This document shows positions 54,002 through 64,000 of a stretch of 64,000 nucleotides of DNA, piece by piece. Origin of the DNA: Eledone cirrhosa (Eukaryota). The stretch spans positions 353,710,001-353,774,000 of the forward strand of contig OZ024743.1 in NCBI GenBank assembly GCA_964016885.1. Reading direction: 5' to 3'. Made by a program: the position numbers and the translations under genes. Under the pieces are notes generated by a model. It was not told the DNA's origin. It did not search any database and saw only the letters and a list, made by a program, of their open reading frames with translations. Within the stretch, counting starts at the first letter, position 1. Each line of letters opens with the position of its first letter.

Positions 54002-54187
54002 ATAATTGTTTCTACTTTTAGCACAAGGCCAGAAATAAACCAGTACATTACTGGTACGTTATTTTATCGACTCCGTAAGGATGAAAGGCAAAGTTAACCT
54101 CTGCGGGATTTGAACTCAGATACTAAAGGGACGTAACTCTATGCTGGAAAGCATGGCGTCCGACCCTCTACCGACACTGCCATTCCA
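54002..54187 (-). mobile_element. Major SINE
   Basis: SINE core motifs. Confidence 0.85.
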
Positions 54188-55211
54188 TTATAAATAACGA
54201 CACTGAGATTTATACCTCATGCGTCGCCTTTTGGTTATAACATTTTTTTATATCATATTTATATATTTCATATATATATATTTTTCATCATGGATTCATT
54301 GCGCTCATGTTGCTTATTTCTTAATGAATTTGAGTATTTTCATTCTTATTGCGGTTTATTGGATATGGAATATTCTTCGTATTCTTCGTCTGGTCGGTTG
54401 GCTCTTTTTTCTTTAATAGCTTAGTAGGTTATTTAATCTTAATTATGTTTTACATTCGAGTATGTATATTACGATTATTTGAACCCCCCCCTCACTCCCC
54501 TCCGATGCGCGACATCATGTCATCTTGGGGGAATTACTTGAGGGTTTAAGGTCAAAGGTAAACGAGAGAAGCTGGAGCAAGTCCTGTTAAGTAATCGGGT
54601 TGTAGTCGCTGCAGGCAATAATGAATATTTAATGTCTATTCTTATACAGAATCCGCGTAATTTGACGACAGCAGCTTGAAAGAGTCTACCTCTCCATACT
54701 CATTTAGAGCGGGTTAGAGGTTGGGATATAGGATGATGTCTGAGGTAGGGATTTTGGAAGATCTCTTAGCTCTAATATAGACATTTAAGTTATAATTGGC
54801 TCGGTTTTTACGAATGTAATTTTTACGAGTTTGGAATCCGACAGTCTTGTCCACTAGATGGTTTGTTTATTGTTGACTCTATTTTCCGAGTGCATTGTTT
54901 ACATATAGGGCATTTGATGATTGCTTGTGTTTGTTCTATATATGTATATAGTATATATATGTGTAGTGTAAATGTATGTATATTTAAGTTGGTCATCGAA
55001 GGTGACTATGCTGACTGGAGCAATAACGGCCTTGCTTAGTTATATATTTATATATATATATATATATACAGGGGCCGGCCGTCAAAGAAACAACACCATG
55101 CGTTCGGTCGGCCGCCTGTATCACGAAAAGAAAATCGTTTTTGGGGTAATTATTGGATTTTTCCGAATTTAGAGGTTTATTACGAACTTTCAATGTTTAT
55201 TTTAGGTCTTG

Positions 55212-55269
55212 CCGTCTGAAGAGCTCAGGCTATCTTAACCAATAGTTCTCAGCGAAATATGTATAACGG
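55212..55269 (+). ncRNA. Type I hammerhead, intact core
   Basis: ccgt CUGAAGA gct...agc GAA AUAUGUAU A acgg. Confidence 0.75.
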
Positions 55270-55321
55270 AGTTTTAAATAAACCTGAATCAATTGAATAT
55301 GGCCTCCGATCTTTTATTAAT

Positions 55322-56035
55322 ATATACTTTCAAAAGTTCAATCGACTGACAGGAAGGTATACGGTGCTGATGACAGCTAATAAGCTAGAAACTAGTTCAT
55401 CGTTCCTTTGTCAATGTTGAACAAAAGGGCAACGATGGTTGCCGAACACTGTACGGCTTAATTCGGGCTGTTTGTTTATAAACAAACCGAACATTATAAT
55501 AAATGTTCGGTAAACCCATACGTACATATATATATGTGTGCATGTATGTATATACATACTACTGTACGTCTGTATACATATATGTATGTACGTATTCATA
55601 CTTATATTTAAGTAACAGCCGTACTAAGAGTGAGAAATGAAATTTCGTTTCATTTTTTCCATTTATCGTTTTCGGTGCGCCCGGCCGACTAACTCTCTCG
55701 ATATGCAAATTAGGCTGCTCAGCCGTTAATATGCATAAGGAAAGCATGTACTTTCAAACGTTCAATCGACTGACAGGAAGGTATACGGTGCTGATGATAG
55801 CTAATAAGCTAGAAACTAGTTCATCATTCCTTTGTCAGTGTTGAACAAAAGGGCAACGATGGTTGCCGAACACTGTACGGTTTAATTCAGGGTATTTGTT
55901 TACAAACAAACCGAACATTATAATAAATGTTCGGTAATCCCATACGTACATATATATATATATATGTGCATGTATGTATGTATATACATACTACTCTACG
56001 TCTGTATACATATATGTATGTACGTATACATACTT
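55322..56035 (+). mobile_element. 422-nt HHR repeat family, locus C: about 1.7 head-to-tail units (424-nt spacing)
   Basis: HHRs 55361-55403 and 55786-55825 (ggtg CUGAUGA uagc-uaauaa-gcua GAA ACUAGU U catc); cleavage sites 55397 and 55821. Confidence 0.9.
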
Positions 56036-56059
56036 ATATATATATATATATATATATAT

Positions 56060-56572
<513 letters not shown>

Positions 56573-56699
56573 CATCTCAGGGTTGTCAGCTTGCCTTTAC
56601 TAATAAGAATTCGTAATAATGAAACTGATGATCAGAATTACTGGCTCAAATATGTTAGCACCAACTTTACTATAATGTTTAAAGCTGTACAAACCCTGT

Positions 56700-57852
56700 G
56701 ATTCGTAGGTTTCATTGAAAATTAATTAGACTGTGGTGAAAATATTTCGTATTCACTGAATATACATTGGTTAACAATCAAAATATATTAGTAATCTATC
56801 AAAATACCCAGGCCTTCACTCATATATTGGTTAACAATTAAAATTCATAGTTATTATTCTAAATATATTGGTATACAGTTACAATACATTGGTATTTAGT
56901 TAAAACACGCTGATTTTCAGGCGAAATATGATCTTCATTTATAATACACTAGTATTCAATCAAAACTCATTGGTCTTCTGCTAAATAAATTAGTTTTCAG
57001 TCTGCCAAAATATATATCAACCAAAATACATAGGTCGTCTGTCAAATTCAATGTATTTTAGTCAGTATATATTAGCCATCAGTCAAAATACATTCGTATT
57101 CTCTCACATTCACTGGATTTTAGTTGAAATACATTGGTCTTCTGTTAAACACATTAGTTCAGTTAAAATACATCAGATTTCAGTCAAAACTTTAAATCAA
57201 ATTATTTTGGCCGTAATATATATGGTATTCCGTCAAAATATATTGGGTTTTTAGTGAAAATACATTGGTCTTCAGTCACAATACATCAGTATTTCTGTCA
57301 AAATACATAGTTTTATATTGAAATGCATTGGCTTTAGTCAAAATACTTCGGTTTTTCTGTTTAAAAACATCGGTTTCCCATTGAAATACTTTGGAGTTTC
57401 AGTGAAAATATATTGGTCTTCTGTCATAATACACTGGCTTTTCAGTCAAAATACTTAATTTTTCTGTCAAAATGCATTGGTTTTCTCTCAAAATACATCG
57501 ATTTTCTGTCAAAATACATTGCTTTTCTGTAAAAAATGCATCGGTTTTATCTCATATTACATCGCTTTTCTATAAAATTGCATCGGTTTTCTGTCAAAAT
57601 GAATTGTTTTTTCAGTCAAAATACATAACTCTTCAGTCAAAATACATTGATCTACTGTAAAAATACATTAATTTTCAGTTAAATACACTATCGCCAGTCA
57701 AAACACATTGTTTTTTTTTGTAAATACGCCAGTCTTAGTAAGAAATACATCGGTCTTATGTTAAATTCATTATTTCCAGTCAAAATACATTGTTTTTTTT
57801 TCTGTCAAAACATATTTGTAATCAGTAAAAATACATTGGTCTTCCGTCAAAT
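56700..57852. repeat. Degenerate minisatellite with a unit of about 22 bp
   Basis: Recurring cagtcaaaatacattggttttt-like units. Confidence 0.8.
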
Positions 57853-58004
57853 TCTACTACATCCCTGCTTTCAGAATGTATAATATTGAGTCCAGATTAG
57901 GAAAAAAATAAATTGTTATTGTTATTAATGATACTAATAACGGTTTTAACTTAATAACTTAATGACGATAATAACCATGATAATCGTAAGTAGAAGCAGC
58001 AGCA

Positions 58005-58196
58005 GCAGAAGCAGTAGTAGAAGAAGAAGAAGAAGAAGAAGAAGAAGAAGAAGAAGAAGAAGAAGAAGAAGAAGAAGAAGAAGAAGAAGAAGAAGAAGAA
58101 GAAGAAGAAGAAAATGAGGTTGTTATAATTTATTAAAATTTTTATCATTCTAATTATGAATTTCTGTTGTCATCGTTAATTATACAGTCTGAGAAA

Positions 58197-58264
<68 letters not shown>

Positions 58265-58285
58265 TTATTTATTTATTATTATTTT
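58005..58285. repeat. (GAA)n and (ATT)n microsatellites
   Basis: Read directly from the sequence. Confidence 0.95.
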
Positions 58286-58503
58286 TTACCTTTCTCTATA
58301 ATCTGTGATTCTTCACTGAATACAATGAAGATTTTGGGTCTCAGATATTATAATTTATTCATGACTTTTAGTGTTGTTCTTGTTATTTTTTTTATCACTC
58401 TGAATAATAACTAGTCGCGTTTTCGCAATTCCCAAAGTCTGCCAGCGTGGTATTAATAATGATGTGTGCGCGCGCACATGTGTGTTTGTGTGTGCACACG
58501 CAC

Positions 58504-58504
<1 letters not shown>

Positions 58505-58534
<30 letters not shown>

Positions 58535-59430
58535 TGTATGTATGTATGTATGTATGTATGTATGTATGTATGTATGTATGTATGTATGTATGTATGTATG
58601 TATGTGTTTGTGTGTATGTATGTATTCCTGTATTTGTATAAGTATGTATGTGTATGTATGTATGTATGTATGTATGTATGTATGTATGTATGTATGTATG
58701 TATGTATGTATGTATGTATGTACGCGTGTATGTATGTATGTATGTATGTATGTATGTACGCGTGTATGTATGTATGTATGTATGTATGTATGTGTGTATG
58801 TATGTATGTATGTATGTATGTATGTACGCGTGTATGTATGTATGTATGTATGTATGTATGTATGTATGTACGCGTGTATGTATGTATGTATGTATGTATG
58901 TATGTGTGTATGTATGTATGTATGTATGTACGTGTGTAAGTGTGTATGTAAGTATGTATGTATGTATGTGTGTAAGTGTTAGGTAAGTATGTATGTATGT
59001 ATGTATGTGTGTATGTGTGTATGTATGTAGGTATGTATGTCTGTACGTGTGTATGTACGTGTGTATGTATGTATCTATGTATGTACGTGTATGTATGTTT
59101 GTATGTATGTGTGTGAGTGTGTGTGTGTATGTGTATGTATAAGTATGTATATATGTATTTGTGCGCATATAGGTATGTGTCTGTGTGTATGCTGTGTATG
59201 TATATTTGTATGTGTTTGTGTGTATGTATGTATTCCTGTATTTGTATAAGTATGTATGTGTATGTATGTATGTATGTATGTATGTATGTATGTATGTATG
59301 TATGTATGTATGTATGTATGTATGTATGTATGTATGTATGTATGTACGCGTGTATGTATGTATGTATGTATGTATGTATGTATGTATGTATGTATGTATG
59401 TATGTATGTATGTATGTATGTATATATGTA
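58505..59430. repeat. (TATG)n compound microsatellite
   Basis: Read directly from the sequence. Confidence 0.95.
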
Positions 59431-59909
59431 AGTGTGTGTGTGAGAGAGAGGGTTTATGCGTGTAATGGAGTCGACTTAAGAAATGATTGCGTGGTGGCGC
59501 TGGTGGTGGTGGTGATAGTGATGATGGTAGTGGGAAGGAAGAGCACTGGTGCCAGTGTTGAAAGGATAGAACAAAATGAAGTGTGTAAGTCTACTGACCA
59601 GAAGTGCTGGTAAAAATGCCATGTCTTGGTAGATATTTGAGTTCGTATACCAAAGTTTCTTAGCTTTCTGAAATCTCTATATAAATTTGAGCGGCTTCCG
59701 TCCGTCACACAATGTGTGTGTGTATGTGTCTGTGTATCTGTGTTTGCTCGTTTATATTTATATACTCATACATATAAATGTATGCATATGCACATACACA
59801 CACGCAAACTCATCTACACATACGCGCCAGCGTGTTGAAAAAAATTCTAGTATATAAAAAACAACAATAACAACAACAACAACAATAACAGCAAGTATAG
59901 GATAACAAA

Positions 59910-60510
59910 AATGAATGTCTTTATTGGCCCCCGGGCCAAAACACAAATGCCAGGGACAGTGGGGCTATACACAGATCAAGTAATCAGAAAAGAAACATGT
60001 AACAAAGTAGCAAGAAATTTATAACAACAAAGTTCTTTAATGGGTGGAAGCACCACGCAGGGATAATTTAGAAACCATATAGATCCGAAACCACCTTAAC
60101 CCTTTAGCATTTACATTACTCTATATTTACTATTGTATTTTCATGGTAAAGGCTTTATTTCATATAGTTATCTTAAATAATATCGAATCTACGAGATTTT
60201 GATGTTATTTATTTTGAGAACAATCCCTTAACATCAGTATGAGCGGGCAGTTGCGACTGGTTTATACAAGAAAGAGGTGTGAGAATTCTGTCCGGATATA
60301 GCCGGTTTAAATGCTAAAGGGTTAATCATTAAGAGAACAATAGGAAAATGCTCTTCTTCGTTCTGAACTCTCCAGCCCATAGCCTCACTACAGTCACCCA
60401 CCTTTTAACAAATATACTGGAGAGCAGCACTTCTCCCTCAACTTCATTTCCATGTGGAGTTTGAAAAAGTCGATGAGGGCTTGGCCGGAAAGGAATGGTC
60501 TATGTTCAAG
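59910..60510 (-). mobile_element. Tx1-like LINE 3' end interrupted by a MITE
   Basis: ctttattggcc tail and ttgaaaaagtcgatgagggcttggc segment homologous to 27715-28110. Confidence 0.65.
60100..60321. mobile_element. piggyBac-type MITE
   Basis: TTAA TSDs; TIRs ccctttagcattta / taaatgctaaaggg. Confidence 0.85.
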
Positions 60511-60688
60511 GAAAACAAAAAATAACAATAATAAAAGAAAATAACATATAAAACAATAGAAAACCTATTACATACTCCAAAGTCAATAAGAACTGTATTT
60601 AACGATATAACATTCACATCAGCAGCAACGGCAAAAAATAGAAAAACAAAACATTTTCACTTTATCCTTCTTCTATACGATATTAGTT

Positions 60689-60735
<47 letters not shown>

Positions 60736-60796
60736 CTCTTGGTTTCGTCTTTTTCTTTATTTTATTTTCTCCATTCTTCACACCCTATAAATACTC

Positions 60797-61724
60797 CTAC
60801 CTACCTACTTACATACCTACCTACCTACCAACCTACCTACCTACCTACCTACCTACCTACCTACCTACTTACATACCTACCTACCTACCTACCTACCTAC
60901 CTACCTACCAACCTACCAACCTACCTACCTACCTACCTACCTACTTACATACCTACCTACCTACCTACCTACCTACCTACCAACCTACCTACCTACCTAC
61001 CTACCTACCTACCTACTTACATACCTACCTACCTACCTACCTACCTACCTACCAACCTACCTACCTACCTACTTACATACCTACCTACCTACCTACCTAC
61101 CTACCTACCTACCTACTTACATACCTACCTACCTACCTACCTACCTACCTACCTACCAACCTACCAACCTACCTACCTACCTACCTACCTACTTACATAC
61201 CTACCTACCTACCTACCTACCTACCTACCAACCTACCTACCTACCTACCTACCTACCTACCTACCTACCTACTTACATACCTACCTACCTACCTACCTAC
61301 CTACCTACCAACCTACCAACCTACCTACCTACCTACCTACCTACCTACCTACTTACATACCTACCTACCTACCTACCTACCTACCTACCTACCTACCTAC
61401 CTACCTACATACCTACCTACCAACCTACCTACCTACCTACCAACCTACCTACCTACCTACCTACCTACCTACCTACCTACCTACCTACCTACCTACCTAC
61501 TTACATACCTACCTACCTACCTACCTACCTACCTACCTACCTACCTACCTACCTACTAACGTACCCATTTACCTACCTACCTACCTACCTACCTACCTAC
61601 CTACCTACCTACCTACCTACCTACCTACTTACCTACTAACCTACCTACTTACCAGCCTCCTTACCCACCCATCCACCTACCTACCTACCTACCTACCTAC
61701 CTACCTACCTACCTACCTACCTAC
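60797..61724. repeat. (CCTA)n microsatellite
   Basis: Read directly from the sequence; explains the 332-aa LPTY ORF. Confidence 0.95.
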
Positions 61725-61734
61725 ACTAAAAAAA

Positions 61735-63215
61735 TAGTGACAACAAAACAAACGACAAACACAGTCCCACCCAACCCCTCCCCACCTAAAACAACTCCAG
61801 AAACACCCACACACATAACAGCTCCCCAAAATGTACCCCTCCCCAACAACACGGATGAGGCCTCATCATCGTCACCCAGTGACGATGAGGGAGAGCCTTT
61901 CCGACCAGTAAAAACAAAACAAAACACCTACTACAAAACGTAAACACACACAAGAACCACAGACAAAAAGCAACACAACACAACAAAAATGTTACACCTA
62001 CATAAATACTAACAATAAAACTTTAACAGACACCATATATAAAAACCCTTCGGTGGAGACCGAAGGGGAAACTTTTACACACTCTTCGAAGAATCCTAAT
62101 CTTAAAATGATTAGGATCTCCATGGACACACATAAACAGTTAAAAGAAAAGTTTCCTAACGACGTAGGTAACCCCTGCGTCAAACTCTATAACCGCGTCC
62201 TTTTGAAATGACCAATATAAGAGTTGGATGTGTGAATGTACGCGGCCTGGGGATGCCCTGGAAACAGGGCAAACTCTTAAACGACCTCAGGTCGCACAGT
62301 ATGGATGTAGTAGCCATTTGCGAGTCCAGGATCCACAGCGAGCGACAACTGGCCCCCCCATCTTCGACGACTTTGAGATCTACGCATCTCTCTGTCAGCC
62401 GGGAGGTGGGGGTGGGTTGCGGTTTTGCTCGATAGGTTTTAGTAAAGAATTAGTGTTAGATAGAAATAAGACCGAAAAGGAACTGGTAGAAGAGGCATTT
62501 AGGAGTGGCAACGTAGCCAGCGTGCTAGCGACGAGAACAGCCTTGGACCAGTTCTTCGACGCAAAGCATGAAGGCTGCGTTGTCAGGAGCAAAATAAGTG
62601 CTCTGGGAAACGAAGGAGCCAAAGCTGTTAGTTGGACCCGAGTGACGGAGGCGAAAAGTGGCAACAAATCCACGATTCGGTCTTTGAAGGACCAAGACAG
62701 ACGCGTGATACGTGAGCCGAAGCAGATGTGCGCGGCCTTTCAGCGGCACTTTGCTCAACTGTTCGGGCATGGCCGCGCGCCAGGAGGGGCTATGAATTTC
62801 GGTCCATACCTCGACAGCCTGCCGCGACTCTCGGACAGCGAGGCGAAGTTCTGCGAAAGGCCGATTTCGGCCGCTGAGATAGGAGACGCGCTGAGCCAAT
62901 GCGGCAAACGCAAGTCTCAACGGTCGGTCTACCCTACGAATTTTACGTAGCAATGCCGGACTTGTTCTCCGGTCTCCTGGAAGCGGTCTACTACAACTGG
63001 CAGAAGAACGGGAGAGTACTCACTCTTGGTGCTCCTGGAGATGAGGGTTGTACATTTTTTCGGGGTGTGTACAACCCCTGTGTAACGCCTCCACCCTATT
63101 GGGGATTTCAATTGTTATTTGTTATTTTATTAATAGTTTTATTTTCATATACCTGTATGTAAACTCCCCATTTGTATTTGTCCCCTTCTTTTGTGCCATT
63201 GTGGCTAATAAAGAC
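61735..63215 (+). mobile_element. Internally deleted Tx1/L1-clade LINE
   Basis: APE start MTNIRVGCVNVRGLG...DVVAICESRI at 62208; linker and GLPYEFY motif; 3' end gtggctaataaag. Confidence 0.85.
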
Positions 63216-63627
63216 ATATCTATTTACACAGCTACCTACACCCGTACCTACCTATTTGTTGTCACTTTCATTATTGTTGTTATTGTTGTTGTTGATGTTG
63301 CTATTACAATTATTGTGGTTGTTGTGGCTAACATTGTTTGTGTTAATGTTAATATTATTGTTTTAGTTGTTGTTGTGGTTATTATTGTTGTTGCTGTTGT
63401 ATTAGTAGTAGTTGTTATTGCTTATGTTGGTGTTACTACTGTGGATTATGTTGGAGCTGCAGTTATTATTGTTGTAGTTGTCGTTGTTGTTGTTGTTGCT
63501 ATTGTTGATGCAGTTGTTATTGTTGTTATTGTCGTTGTCGTCAAATGAAATCATTCTCCTATTTAAAAAAGAAGAGTCTAAGGAAGGACCTCATGATAGG
63601 AAATACTTCTATTATTAATGTTTCAAT

Positions 63628-64000
63628 ATGGCGGTGGATTGACAGTATCGATAGAGAGTCGGACGCCATGCTTTGCAGCATAGAGTTACGGCCCTGTAAG
63701 GTCTCAGTTCAAATCCCGTCGAGGTTTACTTTGCCTTTCATCCTTACGGGGTTGATAAAATAAAGCACCAGTAACGACCCCCTCCCTCCAAATGATTGGG
63801 CCTTGTGCCTATACTAGAAATCATTATTAATGTTTCAGGTAGGTGGTTTGGCAGTATCGGCAGAGGGTCGGACGCCATGCTTTGACGTATAGAGTTACGG
63901 CCCTTGCCATTCTGAGTTCAAATCCTGCCGAGGTTACCTTTGCCTTTCATCCTTATGGGGTCGATAAAATAAAGTACCACTAATACACTAGGTAATTGCT
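63628..64000 (+). mobile_element. Two major-SINE copies (the second runs off the window)
   Basis: Copies at 63628-63822 and 63838-64000. Confidence 0.85.

Noticed and set aside
53450-54960. Possible LINE 3'-end relics on the minus strand
   Set aside because: No unambiguous motif by eye
56700-57852. CRISPR-like periodic array
   Set aside because: Degenerate contiguous units of about 22 bp without unique spacers, in a eukaryotic context with no cas genes
60739-61737. 332-aa ORF (LPTY repeats) and the many YI/HT/CV/CMYV ORFs
   Set aside because: Translations of (CCTA)n, (TA)n, (CA)n and (TATG)n microsatellites

Overview
Eukaryotic, very AT-rich and microsatellite-saturated non-genic DNA. The dominant tRNA-derived SINE and the (TA)n/(CA)n/(TATG)n load suggest an octopod cephalopod (inference). 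I cannot support any host exon; nearly all ORF-track entries are translated microsatellites. Recognisable mobile elements are Neptune-type Penelope-like elements (PLEs; RT plus GIY-YIG), several Tx1/L1-clade LINE relics, a Chapaev3-like (CMC) DNA transposon, Helitron pieces, hAT- and piggyBac-type MITEs and about 20 SINE copies. The main unannotated signal is RNA-level: more than 25 type I hammerhead-ribozyme (HHR)-like motifs found by eye, nearly all in elements inserted in (TA)n tracts. They include two non-coding tandem-repeat families with one HHR per unit (about 422-424 nt, three loci; about 336 nt, one locus), which have the architecture of non-LTR retrozymes and are predicted to give small circular RNAs. 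There is also a U3-A8 covariant HHR lineage in the young Neptune element, and a set of tiny fold-back HHR elements sharing a GAGTGCT motif near their 3' tail. Ribozyme activity, circularisation and novelty have not been tested.
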